Source of the DNA: Eubacteriales bacterium
GTDB taxonomy: Bacteria; Bacillota; Clostridia; Oscillospirales; CAG-272
Assembly: GCA_045634385.1 (NCBI GenBank)
Contig: JAZRAE010000084.1
Span: forward strand, 13,425-77,424
DNA length: 64,000 nt
Reading direction: 5' to 3'
Numbering within the stretch: the first letter of the stretch is position 1; the number at the start of each line of letters is the position of its first letter. The position numbers and the translations under genes were made by a program. Shown piece by piece: positions 49,007 through 59,174 of this stretch. The notes under the pieces are model-generated. The model did no database searches. It saw only the letters and a program-made list of their open reading frames with translations, and was not told the DNA's origin.

Positions 49007-49046
49007 CGATCCCCTTGTCCTCTCGGGCAAGGGGATTGTTTTTTTG
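49007..49046 (+). terminator. Intrinsic terminator
   Basis: ATCCCCTTGTCC-TCTC-GGGCAAGGGGAT followed by a T run. Confidence 0.75.
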
Positions 49047-49104
49047 AAGGTAAGTTTTTTAAAATGGAGATTTTATAGCAAGCAAAAAAGTCTTTTTTAT
49101 GATA

Positions 49105-49986
49105 TCACAAAAACTCAAACTCGTTTATTGCTTTATCTATTTTATCCCTTGTTGCCTTTGTCGGAAGCCACATTGGTAGCCTCATATCAGATCTGCAAAA
49201 CCCCTTCTTTGACATAGCATATTTGATGGGCGCGGGGTTGGTTTCAAGGAAAAGCGAGTTTATAACAGGCGACAGTTTCTTTTGAGCCTCAAGACTTTTA
49301 TCCTTGTTATTTGAAAAGTAAAGTTTGCAAATATTGGCAGTTTCCTTTGGGTATAGATTGGATACAACTGAGATAACACCGAGTCCGCCAAGTGATAAAA
49401 CGGGGTAGATCTGCGAGTCGTTGCCCGAGTAAAGTGCAAGCCCTTCTATACTACTTATACCGACAAGTCTGTCGAGCGAATCGGATGCTTCCTTAATACC
49501 GACTATATTTTCATTTTCTGCGAGCCTTGTTAGTGTATCAAGACTCAGATTTACTCCTGTTCTTGACGGCACGTTGTAGAGTAGAACAGGTACTCCGCTT
49601 ACCTTGGCGATTGCCTCGTAGTGCATAACCACGCCGTCCTGAGTACCTCTGTTGTAGTACGGTGTAACCACGAGCACACCGTCACACCCAAGCTCCGAGG
49701 CAAAGACTGTATGCTTGATTGCGACTCTCGTATCGTTTGTTCCCGTGCCATATATTAGCTTACACCTACCGTTTATCACCTCTTTGGAATATCTGTATAG
49801 CTCATATCTTTCCGTGTCCGACAGCGTTGCCGCTTCTGCAGTTGTTCCGCCTATAACAAGTGCGTCAATTCCCGCTTCTATTTGTCTTTCTATCAACGAC
49901 TCAAGTACTTTATAATCTATCTCTCCGTCCGAGAACGGGGTAACCAAAGCAGTACCGACACCACGGAATATTTCTGTCTTTTTCAT
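49105..49986 (-). CDS. dapA: 4-hydroxy-tetrahydrodipicolinate synthase
   Basis: ALVTPF, GTT.E, VTPYYN, LYNVPSRTG, GIKEAS, ETNPAPIK. Confidence 0.93.
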   Translation of the reverse strand: MKKTEIFRGVGTALVTPFSDGEIDYKVLESLIERQIEAGIDALVIGGTTAEAATLSDTERYELYRYSKEVINGRCKLIYGTGTNDTRVAIKHTVFASELGCDGVLVVTPYYNRGTQDGVVMHYEAIAKVSGVPVLLYNVPSRTGVNLSLDTLTRLAENENIVGIKEASDSLDRLVGISSIEGLALYSGNDSQIYPVLSLGGLGVISVVSNLYPKETANICKLYFSNNKDKSLEAQKKLSPVINSLFLETNPAPIKYAMSKKGFCRSDMRLPMWLPTKATRDKIDKAINEFEFL

Positions 49987-50116
49987 ATAGCCTCCTTAAA
50001 ATTTGCGCGTATGCACTTGCAAATCTTTTAAATATGTTATATAATAGCTTTAATATGGAGATGTATGCGCATTTTCAGTTTATGCGCGACATACGGTTTT
50101 TGATATGTGAGGACTA

Positions 50117-51199
50117 ATGGAAAAGCTTAACGAAACGATTATCAACGAGAGGGTAGAAACCTCTCTCACAACACACGATTTTTACTACGATCTTCCCGAG
50201 GAGCTTATAGCACAGTTTCCTTCTGCCGAGAGAGATATGTGCCGCCTTATGGTGCTTGACAGGAAGGCTGAGAGTGTGGATCACAAGGTCTTCCGCGATA
50301 TTATAGATTATCTTAATCCTGAGGATATGCTTGTTGTCAACTCCTCAAAGGTCATTCCCGCAAGATTGCTCGGCACTACCGAAAAGACGGGGGCTGCAAT
50401 GGAGCTTTTGCTCCTTCGTATGCTTGATAGCGGCGAGTGGGAGACGCTCGTACGCCCCGGTAAGAGAGCAAAGGTCGGAGCATCCTTTGATTTTGGCGGA
50501 ATACTTAAGGCAACCGTCACTGACGTGGTCGAAGGCGGCAACCGTGTAGTGAAATTCGACTATGATACCGAGAAATACAAGACTGTATACGAGGTTCTTG
50601 ACGCGATAGGCAACATGCCATTGCCACCCTACATAACCAAGAAGCTTGAGAACAAGAGCGACTATCAGACCGTCTATGCTAAGGAAGAAGGCTCTGCTGC
50701 AGCTCCTACTGCGGGACTGCATTTCACGGACGAGCTGCTCCGACGCATCAAGGAAAAGGGCGTCGGCTATGGGGAGGTAACTCTTCACGTTGGACTCGGC
50801 ACCTTCCGTCCGGTTAAGGTGGATAAGATAGAAGAGCATCTTATGCACGGTGAGTATTTCCACATCACCGACGAGGTTGCAAGAGAGATAAACGAGCGTC
50901 GCGCCAAGGGCGGCAGAATTATAGCAGTAGGAACTACCTCGTGCCGAGTTCTCGAGAGCGTAAGCACTCCCGACGGCAAGGTACATCCTATCGATGGCGA
51001 AACCTCAATATTCATCTACCCCGGATACAAATTCAAGGCGGTGGATGCACTTATCACCAACTTCCACCTTCCCGAAAGCACCTTGATTATGCTTGTCAGT
51101 GCCCTCGCAGGTAAAGAGTTTGTTATGAACGCCTATGAGCAGGCGGTAAACGAAAAATACAGATTCTTCTCCTTTGGAGATGCCATGTTTATTATGTAA
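50117..51199 (+). CDS. queA: SAM:tRNA ribosyltransferase-isomerase
   Basis: [42 protein letters not shown]. Confidence 0.96.
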   Translation: MEKLNETIINERVETSLTTHDFYYDLPEELIAQFPSAERDMCRLMVLDRKAESVDHKVFRDIIDYLNPEDMLVVNSSKVIPARLLGTTEKTGAAMELLLLRMLDSGEWETLVRPGKRAKVGASFDFGGILKATVTDVVEGGNRVVKFDYDTEKYKTVYEVLDAIGNMPLPPYITKKLENKSDYQTVYAKEEGSAAAPTAGLHFTDELLRRIKEKGVGYGEVTLHVGLGTFRPVKVDKIEEHLMHGEYFHITDEVAREINERRAKGGRIIAVGTTSCRVLESVSTPDGKVHPIDGETSIFIYPGYKFKAVDALITNFHLPESTLIMLVSALAGKEFVMNAYEQAVNEKYRFFSFGDAMFIM

Positions 51200-51241
51200 C
51201 GGAGCCGGACGCTTAAATTATTCACTAAAGGAAAATTACTG

Positions 51242-52054
51242 ATGGATTTTGCTTGTCCTAAATGCAAGGGTGAAATGATCCTTGACGGAAATACGAAAAA
51301 ATGCAATAACGGTCATTGCTACGACCGCGCTAAAGCAGGATACTACAATCTCCTCTTGGGCGTTGGCGGTGGAACTCACGGTGACAATGCCGAGATGGTT
51401 TTAGCACGCCGCACATTCTTGTCACGTGGCTTTTATGAGCCTCTCGCAGACAGACTTGCCGCTCTCGTTACAGAACATACGCCGAAGGGCGGATGCGTGC
51501 TTGATGCCGGGTGCGGAGAAGGGTACTACACTGATAAGGTTGAGTCGATGCTTCACGCTCGTGACGGTGAGTCCAACGTCCTCGCCTATGATATTTCGCG
51601 TGATGCGGTGAAGTGCGCGTGCAAGAGCAACAAGGCGGTATCGTTTGCTGTTGCGACATCTTATGATATGCCGCTTGCAGACGGTTCAGTAGATACTGTA
51701 TTTAACGCATTTTCTCCACTCGCTAAAGATGAAGTCCGCCGTGTTTTAAAGTCGGGCGGGTGCTTTGTGATGGCTTACCCCGGAGTTGATCACCTCTACG
51801 GTCTAAAATCGGTCATCTATAAAGTTCCTTATAAAAATCAGCCGGAGGAATCCGCAATCGAGGGGTTCAATCTCTTATCACACGAAACGGTAAAGTATAC
51901 TCTAAAACTTAACACGGCAGAGGATATTAGCGCATTATTTATGATGACACCGTACGCATATCGCACCTCGCGAGAGGATAGGGAGCGCGTGCTTTCGCTC
52001 TCGGAAGTAACGACTGACGTTGAGTTTGTGATAGACGCTTACGAAAAAATATAG
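51242..52054 (+). CDS. RlmA-like rRNA (guanine-N1) methyltransferase
   Basis: N-terminal Zn finger CP.C...C..GH, LDAGCGEGYY, MTPY. Confidence 0.82.
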   Translation: MDFACPKCKGEMILDGNTKKCNNGHCYDRAKAGYYNLLLGVGGGTHGDNAEMVLARRTFLSRGFYEPLADRLAALVTEHTPKGGCVLDAGCGEGYYTDKVESMLHARDGESNVLAYDISRDAVKCACKSNKAVSFAVATSYDMPLADGSVDTVFNAFSPLAKDEVRRVLKSGGCFVMAYPGVDHLYGLKSVIYKVPYKNQPEESAIEGFNLLSHETVKYTLKLNTAEDISALFMMTPYAYRTSREDRERVLSLSEVTTDVEFVIDAYEKI

Positions 52055-52065
52055 AGGAAAAATAT

Positions 52066-52503
52066 ATGGATATAACACATGGAAAGTATCTCGGTGTTGA
52101 CTACGGTGACAAGCGCACCGGTCTTGCCGAGTGCGATATATCGGGCCTTATTGCAGGCGGTATCGGCACTATCTCCGAGGGCGGTATGAGAAAGACCGCA
52201 ATAAAGGTAGCCGAGGAGGCAGAAAAGCGCGCTTGCAAAAAAATAATAATCGGCTTACCGAAAAATATGGACGGCTCGGAAGGACCTCGCGCAGACGTTA
52301 TCAAGGCGTTCGGAGCGCTTCTTGCAGAGCTTACCGAAATACCAATTGATTACTACGACGAGAGAATGACGACTATGGTTGCCTACCGTTTCCTTGGTGA
52401 AACGGGTACTTACGGCAAGAAACGAAAGGATACCGTAGATACTCTCTCTGCGCAAATTATTCTGCAAAATTACATCGACCGCGAAAGGGCGATGAAAAAA
52501 TAA
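52066..52503 (+). CDS. ruvX: YqgF/RuvX pre-16S rRNA nuclease
   Basis: GVDYGDKRTGLA, GLPKNMDG, DERMTT, D..SA.IILQ. Confidence 0.92.
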   Translation: MDITHGKYLGVDYGDKRTGLAECDISGLIAGGIGTISEGGMRKTAIKVAEEAEKRACKKIIIGLPKNMDGSEGPRADVIKAFGALLAELTEIPIDYYDERMTTMVAYRFLGETGTYGKKRKDTVDTLSAQIILQNYIDRERAMKK

Positions 52504-52576
52504 ATCTATAAAAAACAAGAGCGATAATCTATGGTTAATACGCTCTTACAACAGGGTACAAGAAAAGAGGGATAAT

Positions 52577-53683
52577 ATGAAAATTTCTAAAGAAACCCTG
52601 ACCCGTGTGCGTTCTTTTCTTACTAAAAAAGGCGTGACACTCTCACCGAAAACCTATTTTGTTGATGCTATGAGTGCTATGGCACTTGGACTTTTTGCCT
52701 CGCTGCTTATGGCAACAATCTTCGGTACAATCCTTAAATACGTACCGAGCGGCAATGTCTTCCACGAGCTTTTGTCTATGCTCTCGCGTTATGCTCCGGC
52801 ATCCGGCGGCGCTACGGGAGTAATACTCGGTATAGCTGTTGCTTACGCTCTTAAAGCTCCGCCGCTTGTACTCTTTGCCTCGGGCGTTGTAGGTCTTTGC
52901 GGCAACGATATGCTTACGGCAATTACGGCTGCAGATGGAGTTGTTAAGTCTGTATCGGCAGGTCCTGCAGGTGCTTTTCTATGTGTGCTCGTTGCGTGTG
53001 AGATCGGTAAGCTCGCCGCAGGAGAAACAAAGGTAGATATAATTGTTACACCGGCCGTAACTCTGACTGTCGGTATGATCACAGCTATGCTTATCTGCCC
53101 TGCGGTTGCCTACGCCATGTATTGGCTCGGCTACTTTATCAATTATGCAACAACTATAATGCCTTTCTTTATGGGCATAATAATTTCCGTAGTTGTCGGA
53201 ATAATTCTCACCTTACCCATCTCATCTGCCGCTGTCTGTGCGATGATCGGAATCACGGGACTTGCAGGCGGTGCTGCGGTTGCAGGCTGTTGCGCGCAGA
53301 TGATTGGATTTGCCGTCATCTCTTTCCGTGAGAATAGATGGGGCGGCGTTGTTGCACAGGGCATCGGTACGTCAATGCTCCAGATGGGCAACATAGTAAA
53401 GAAGCCGATAATTTGGCTTCCCGCTACTCTTTCAGCCGCTATCACAGGACCCGTGTCAACTTGTCTATTTAAGCTTGAGTGTACGGGAGTATCCGCAGGC
53501 ATGGGTACGTGTGGACTTGTCGGACCTATCGGAGTCTTTACCGATATGGGATTTTCCGTGCAGTCTGTTCTTGGCGTTCTCGTCACCTGCTTGATTCTCC
53601 CGGCTCTTCTTTCACTTGCCTTCTCCGAAGTTATGAGAAAGCTCGGATGGATAGAGCTTGGCGATTTGAAGCTTGATTTGTAA
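52577..53683 (+). CDS. PTS EIIC-like membrane protein (PfoR/EIIC_2 family)
   Basis: MALGLFASL, LPISSAA, GIGTSMLQ, GMGTCGLVGP. Confidence 0.8.
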   Translation: MKISKETLTRVRSFLTKKGVTLSPKTYFVDAMSAMALGLFASLLMATIFGTILKYVPSGNVFHELLSMLSRYAPASGGATGVILGIAVAYALKAPPLVLFASGVVGLCGNDMLTAITAADGVVKSVSAGPAGAFLCVLVACEIGKLAAGETKVDIIVTPAVTLTVGMITAMLICPAVAYAMYWLGYFINYATTIMPFFMGIIISVVVGIILTLPISSAAVCAMIGITGLAGGAAVAGCCAQMIGFAVISFRENRWGGVVAQGIGTSMLQMGNIVKKPIIWLPATLSAAITGPVSTCLFKLECTGVSAGMGTCGLVGPIGVFTDMGFSVQSVLGVLVTCLILPALLSLAFSEVMRKLGWIELGDLKLDL

Positions 53684-53714
53684 AATGAAATAATTTAAGG
53701 AGAAACATAAGTCT

Positions 53715-55163
53715 ATGATGAATTACACTCTTCTTTGTGATTTTTATGAGCTTACTATGGCTAACGGATATTTTGAGCTTGGAAAGGCTGATGAAATATC
53801 CTACTTTGACGTGTTCTTCAGAAAGGTTCCCGACGGTGGTGGATTTGCCATTGCTGCAGGTTTGGAGCAGGTCATCGATTATATCAAAAATTTGAAGTTT
53901 ACCGAAGAGGACATAGCCTTCCTGCGTTCAAAGAAACTCTTCTCCGAGAACTTCTTAAATTATCTTCGCACGTTTAAGTTCACCGGTGATATATACGCAG
54001 TACCCGAAGGTACGCCCATTTTTCCTAATGAACCGATAATGACAGTACGCGCGCCCTCCGTTGAGGCGCAGTTTATAGAAACCTACGTGCTTCTTTGCCT
54101 TAACCATCAGTCTCTCATTGCGACCAAGGCTAACAGAATAGTTAGAGCCGCACAGGGCAGATCCGTAATGGAATTCGGCTCAAGACGTGCACAGGGAAGC
54201 GATGGCGCAATTATGGGATCAAGAGCGGCTTACATAGGCGGATGCTCGTCTACCGCTTGCGCTATTTCGGAAAAGCTTTTTGGCATCCCTGCCGTGGGCA
54301 CGATGGCTCATTCTTGGGTGCAGATGTTTGACAGTGAGTATGAAGCCTTTGAATCATACTGCAAAAAATATCCTAATAACGCAACTCTTCTCGTTGATAC
54401 CTACGATGTACTTAAGAGCGGAGTTCCAAACGCGATAAAGGCGTTTGACAAGGTCCTGAAGCCGCTTGGTATAAAGAATTGCGGAATTCGTCTTGACTCG
54501 GGAGATATCACCTACCTTTCGAAGAAGGCGAGAAAAATGCTTGATGAAGCAGGCTATACCGAGTGTAAGATTGTCGTATCCAATTCTCTTGACGAGATAA
54601 TTATACGCGACCTCTTCCTTCAGGGTGCAAGGATTGATCTGCTCGGTGTTGGTGAAAGACTCATTACCGCTAAGTCTAACCCCGTATTCGGCGGAGTGTA
54701 CAAACTTGTCGCGGTAGAAAAGGACGGAGATGTTATTCCTAAAATAAAGATATCCGAAAACCCCGAGAAGATCACTAATCCTCATTTTAAGAAGGTCTAC
54801 AGAATATTCGATAACGAGACGGGCACAGCTATTGCTGATCAGCTCTGTGTTTATGATGAGGTAATAGATGAAAACGAACCACTTGAGCTCTTCGATCCCG
54901 TGCAGGTGTGGAAGACCAAGACTGTAACCAACTTCACCGCAAAGGAGCTTTTGGTTCCGATATTCAAGAATGGTGAGTGTGTGTACGAGTGTCCTTCCAT
55001 CCACGAGGTGAGAGATTACTGCAAGGTGCAGATTATGACTCTTTGGGATGAGGTCAAGAGATTTGAGAATCCACACAGATACTACGTTGACCTTTCCCGC
55101 AAGCTGTGGGATATCAAGCACGGACTTCTTATGAACAGAGGAAAAAATAATGCAAAAAAATAA
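53715..55163 (+). CDS. pncB: Nicotinate phosphoribosyltransferase
   Basis: DFYELTM, EFGSRRAQ, GTMAHS, LVDTYD, RLDSGD, GVYKL. Confidence 0.95.
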   Translation: MMNYTLLCDFYELTMANGYFELGKADEISYFDVFFRKVPDGGGFAIAAGLEQVIDYIKNLKFTEEDIAFLRSKKLFSENFLNYLRTFKFTGDIYAVPEGTPIFPNEPIMTVRAPSVEAQFIETYVLLCLNHQSLIATKANRIVRAAQGRSVMEFGSRRAQGSDGAIMGSRAAYIGGCSSTACAISEKLFGIPAVGTMAHSWVQMFDSEYEAFESYCKKYPNNATLLVDTYDVLKSGVPNAIKAFDKVLKPLGIKNCGIRLDSGDITYLSKKARKMLDEAGYTECKIVVSNSLDEIIIRDLFLQGARIDLLGVGERLITAKSNPVFGGVYKLVAVEKDGDVIPKIKISENPEKITNPHFKKVYRIFDNETGTAIADQLCVYDEVIDENEPLELFDPVQVWKTKTVTNFTAKELLVPIFKNGECVYECPSIHEVRDYCKVQIMTLWDEVKRFENPHRYYVDLSRKLWDIKHGLLMNRGKNNAKK

Positions 55164-56181
55164 TTCCCTAAAGGAAAAAAAGGTTCTTATAATTCACACG
55201 GGCGGCACTATCGGTATGAAAAAGACCGAAAAGGGCTATACACCTGTTCCCGGATATCTTGCGGGCGAACTTAAGAATATTCCGGATCTAAATAGGTGCG
55301 ATTTTCCCAATTGGGATCTTTATGAGATGTCACCGCTCCTTGATTCATCAAATATGAGCGTTGATGAGTGGAATGAGATAGGCAGAGTTATTTACGAGAA
55401 TTATTCCTCCTACTCCGGTTTTGTCATACTTCACGGTACTGATACTATGGCGTATACAGCATCGGCACTTTCATTTATGCTCGAGGGACTTGATAAGCCG
55501 ATAATTCTCACCGGCTCACAGATACCGCTCTCCGAGCTGCGCTCTGACGGACGTGATAATCTAATAACTTCGATTATGATTGCTAACGACGGAGCTGTTC
55601 CCGAGGTTTGCCTTTATTTCAGCTCCAGACTTTTACGCGGTAACAGATCTATGAAGATGAGCGCGGATGGACTTGTTGCCTTTGATTCACCGAGTTATCC
55701 GCACCTTGCTGAGGCAGGTATTACCATTAAGTACAATTATCCCGCAATACTAAAGAAGAGAGAGGGAGGATTAAAATATCATCCCTTTGCCAAAATTCCT
55801 ATCGGTGTACTTAAGGTATTTCCCGGTATTCAGTTTGGCCTTTTTGAGGACATAATGACCGAGAAGCTCTCGGGTATCGTTCTTGAGACCTTTGGTGCGG
55901 GTAATATACCTATGGGCAACGGAGATCTTTTGCCTATTATTAAAAAGGCGTTTGCCTCGGGCGCAGTTATCACCGTTTGTTCGCAGTGTCCGAGTGGTAC
56001 GGTTACTCTCGGCGCATATGAGACCTCGTCACAGCTCAAGATTGCGGGTGCCGTCAGCGGAAGAGATATGACTACCGAGGCCGCTGTTGCAAAGCTGTAT
56101 CATCTCTTCAGCATTGATGCGTCAAAGGAAGATGTGAAAAGTCTTATGGAAAAAAATATATCGGGTGAGCTTACCGAGTAA
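55150..56181 (+). CDS. ansA: L-asparaginase type I
   Basis: HTGGTIGM, LLDSS, HGTDTMAY, TGSQIP, DMTTEAA. Confidence 0.92.
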   Translation: MQKNNSLKEKKVLIIHTGGTIGMKKTEKGYTPVPGYLAGELKNIPDLNRCDFPNWDLYEMSPLLDSSNMSVDEWNEIGRVIYENYSSYSGFVILHGTDTMAYTASALSFMLEGLDKPIILTGSQIPLSELRSDGRDNLITSIMIANDGAVPEVCLYFSSRLLRGNRSMKMSADGLVAFDSPSYPHLAEAGITIKYNYPAILKKREGGLKYHPFAKIPIGVLKVFPGIQFGLFEDIMTEKLSGIVLETFGAGNIPMGNGDLLPIIKKAFASGAVITVCSQCPSGTVTLGAYETSSQLKIAGAVSGRDMTTEAAVAKLYHLFSIDASKEDVKSLMEKNISGELTE

Positions 56182-56267
56182 GAATTATTATACTCATATC
56201 TTCATAAACTCCAATAACCGAAAGCGAGGTTTGGAAGATTGTTTTCCATCCTCATAAAGGAGTAAAC

Positions 56268-56717
56268 ATGAAGAAGGCGATTTCAATTATTCTTTTATTA
56301 TCACTTATGACTATTACCTCATGCAAAGGTACGGGAAATGCTCTCGATATTGCATACTCGTTTTGTGAAGAATATCCGCTCGAGGCCGAGGTATATTCCT
56401 CGCTTTTTAGTGAAGGAGAGGACGGATATATTGATGACGAAATGCTTGTCGCTCTTTATGGAAAATCCGAATTGTCTGTAAGTGAATTTGCGATCGTTTT
56501 ATATGGCAAGGTCGGTACCGTGTATGAAGTTGGAGTATTTATAACACCAAACGGCCACCAGAGAATGGATATAGTTGAGCTTGCCAAATACAGAATAGAT
56601 TTTCTCTCATCCTTGGCGGAGGGCGAGGGGTTTATCAAAAAATACCGCACAGTGACGGTTTACGGATTTTTAGATGATCCTTCACGTGCGGAAAGACTGC
56701 TTGACAGTTTAATATAA
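56268..56717 (+). CDS. Hypothetical lipoprotein
   Basis: Lipobox ITSC; AAAGGAG RBS. Confidence 0.7.
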   Translation: MKKAISIILLLSLMTITSCKGTGNALDIAYSFCEEYPLEAEVYSSLFSEGEDGYIDDEMLVALYGKSELSVSEFAIVLYGKVGTVYEVGVFITPNGHQRMDIVELAKYRIDFLSSLAEGEGFIKKYRTVTVYGFLDDPSRAERLLDSLI

Positions 56718-56760
56718 AAAAAGGACACCGCAGTGCGCGGTTGATCAGGAAAGAAAGAAT

Positions 56761-57984
56761 ATGGACTTTATGAATTCATTTGAGGAAAGATCCTCATATC
56801 CCGAGGTAATACTCTGTAAGTTTGGCGAGGTTATCTTAAAGGGAAATAACAGACAAAACTTTGAATCCGGACTTGTTAAGGAATTGCGCAGACGAGCATC
56901 ACCCTATGGCAACTTCAAGATATATTTCAAGCAGAGCACCATATACGTCGAGCCTCTTAACGATGAGTGCGATATGGAGGGAATGTACTCTGCGGCTAAA
57001 AAGGTGTTCGGTATCGTTGCCGTAAACCGTGCAGCAGTGTGCGAGAAGGATATGGACTCCATTAAGGAGTGCGCAAGAAACTACCTGCCCTTAAAGCTTG
57101 AGGGCAAGAGGACCTTTAAGGTTGATGCAAAGCGATCGGACAAAAAGTTCCCCTTGACTTCGCCCGAGATATCCCGAGATATAGGCGGAGTTATACTCTC
57201 CACCGTCAGAGGAATCAAGGTTGACGTAAAGAATCCCGATGTCATAGTTACTGTCGAGGTAAGAGATGATCACGCATATATCAGAGCAGGACAGGAACCC
57301 GGAGCGGGGGGCTTGCCGCTTCGCTCTGCGGGACGTGGACTTCTGCTTCTTTCGGGCGGAATAGACTCTCCCGTAGCGGGTTGTATGATGGCAAAGCGCG
57401 GTATGGAGATCGAGGCTTTACACTTTGAGTCGTTCCCCTATACCTCGGAAAGAGCGAGGGAAAAGGTATTGCAGTTAGCACAGGAGATGTGTGAGTTCTG
57501 TGCCAAGATCCACGTTCACGTTATCTCCTTGACACATATTCAGGAGGAACTGCGTGACAAGTGCGAGGAAGATTATTTCACCATTCTTCTCCGTATCTTT
57601 ATGATGCGTCTTGCCGAGAGATGTGCCGCTGATTATAAGTGCGGTGCGCTTATTACAGGTGAGAGTCTCGGCCAGGTGGCATCGCAGACTCTTGCGGCTA
57701 TCGGTGTTACGGACAGCGTTGTGAATATACCGGTGTTCCGCCCTTGTATCGGCCTTGATAAAAACGAGATCATCGCTTATGCAAGACATTATGGAACGTT
57801 TGATACTTCTATCCTTCCTTTTGAGGATTGCTGCACTGTGTTTACACCCAAGCATCCTAAGACACAGCCTAAGATCGAGCTGGTTATGAAGGAGCTTGAA
57901 AAGATCGACTTTGACGGACTGCTCGAGGAGGCGTACGCATCTATGTACACCGAGACGAAAAAGGTGTTTGAAAACTACAAATAA
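56761..57984 (+). CDS. thiI: tRNA 4-thiouridine synthase
   Basis: GE..LKG.NR, THUMP domain, LLSGGIDSPVA, GESLGQVASQT, EDCCT. Confidence 0.95.
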   Translation: MDFMNSFEERSSYPEVILCKFGEVILKGNNRQNFESGLVKELRRRASPYGNFKIYFKQSTIYVEPLNDECDMEGMYSAAKKVFGIVAVNRAAVCEKDMDSIKECARNYLPLKLEGKRTFKVDAKRSDKKFPLTSPEISRDIGGVILSTVRGIKVDVKNPDVIVTVEVRDDHAYIRAGQEPGAGGLPLRSAGRGLLLLSGGIDSPVAGCMMAKRGMEIEALHFESFPYTSERAREKVLQLAQEMCEFCAKIHVHVISLTHIQEELRDKCEEDYFTILLRIFMMRLAERCAADYKCGALITGESLGQVASQTLAAIGVTDSVVNIPVFRPCIGLDKNEIIAYARHYGTFDTSILPFEDCCTVFTPKHPKTQPKIELVMKELEKIDFDGLLEEAYASMYTETKKVFENYK

Positions 57985-58026
57985 TTTCACACGTGCCCGG
58001 GCTTTCTCGGGGAAAAGGAGTATTTT

Positions 58027-58743
58027 ATGCTTTTATTCTACGTTAGACACGGTGATCCGATATACGTTCCGGATTCGCTCACACCCTTTGGTGAGAGACA
58101 AGCCGAGGCGGTCGGCAGACTGCTTAGTAATTTGCGCATCGATGAGATATACGCATCCACGTCGGAGAGAGCAAAGCTTACCGCAAAGCCTCTTTGCGAG
58201 ATAACCAAAAAGGAGCCCACTCTCCTTGATTTTGCCAACGAGATATACGCTTGGAATGAGCTTACACTCTTCTCCAAGGTAGAAAACTGTCAGACCTGGC
58301 TATTCTTTGCTCCAGAGATGAAGGAGCTTTTCCATACACCCGAGATGCTTTCTCTCGGACAACGCTGGCACGAGCATCCGATGTTTAAGTCCGAGGAGTT
58401 CAAGGACAAGGATTACGCCGCAGGCATCAAGCGTATACAGGACGGCGCGGACAAGTTTATCGCGTCCCTCGGATATAAGCGAGTAGCCGACGGTAAGTAC
58501 GAGGTAATCAACCATAGCGACAAGCGCGTGGCTCTCTTTGCTCATCAGGGCTTCGGTCTCGCCTTCCTCTCCTGCGTCGTCGGTATCCCTTACCCGATGT
58601 TCTCGTCGCACTTTGACATCTGCACGACGGGAGTCACCGTCATAGAGTTTGCCGATAACGGCGGATATTCCTATCCCCGCATCCTGACTCTCTCGTCCGC
58701 CGCGCATCTCTACAAAGAGGGATTACCTACGAGATATAACTGA
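58027..58743 (+). CDS. Histidine phosphatase family protein
   Basis: VRHG, LT..G..QA, RAKLTA, FAHQG. Confidence 0.85.
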   Translation: MLLFYVRHGDPIYVPDSLTPFGERQAEAVGRLLSNLRIDEIYASTSERAKLTAKPLCEITKKEPTLLDFANEIYAWNELTLFSKVENCQTWLFFAPEMKELFHTPEMLSLGQRWHEHPMFKSEEFKDKDYAAGIKRIQDGADKFIASLGYKRVADGKYEVINHSDKRVALFAHQGFGLAFLSCVVGIPYPMFSSHFDICTTGVTVIEFADNGGYSYPRILTLSSAAHLYKEGLPTRYN

Positions 58744-58770
58744 CGGCTCGTTAATAAATATTTTTAAGTA

Positions 58771-58799
58771 TTGACAAGCGCGAAGTTTTGTGATACAAT
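58771..58799 (+). promoter_or_regulatory. Sigma-A promoter of the T-box/valS unit
   Basis: TTGACA-17 bp-TACAAT with an extended -10 TG. Confidence 0.8.
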
Positions 58800-58809
58800 A
58801 CTTCTGTTC

Positions 58810-59094
58810 ATAGGAATGGACGATCCTCGCGGAGGAGTAATCGGTTTTGATGCGCTGAGAGAGTGGGCGGTTGGTGCGAGCCCTGCGGTCGGACGGTGAA
58901 GGTAGCCGCGTTGTAACTGCGAAGAACGGTATTCGGTATAGCGAAGAGAACTGACAGCTTTCCGGATTTCTTATTAGACCGCGGCGTCACCTCGCGTTAA
59001 GAGGAAATGAGAAAGTATCGTTCGATACTTTGAATTTGGGTGGTACCGCGATTTATTCGCCCCAAGATGCTTTTCGGCATCTTGGGGTTTTTTT
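58810..59094 (+). ncRNA. T-box riboswitch (Val)
   Basis: Stem I CGCGG/CCGCG with AGTA/GAA, AGAGA and GGTG motifs; probable specifier GTA at 58902-58904; T-box AATTTGGGTGGTACCGCG; terminator CCCCAAGATGC/GCATCTTGGGG followed by T7. Confidence 0.9.
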
Positions 59095-59174
59095 GTTTTT
59101 AATCCCCACCCGTGTGAGCTTTTTACAAAAAAAGAGCGATTAAAACGATTAATAAACCGAAAGGACTAAATAAA

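Noticed and set aside
49987-50116. Lysine riboswitch (dapA) or preQ1 riboswitch (queA)
   Set aside because: The gap is only 130 bp and holds divergent promoters; no recognisable aptamer consensus.
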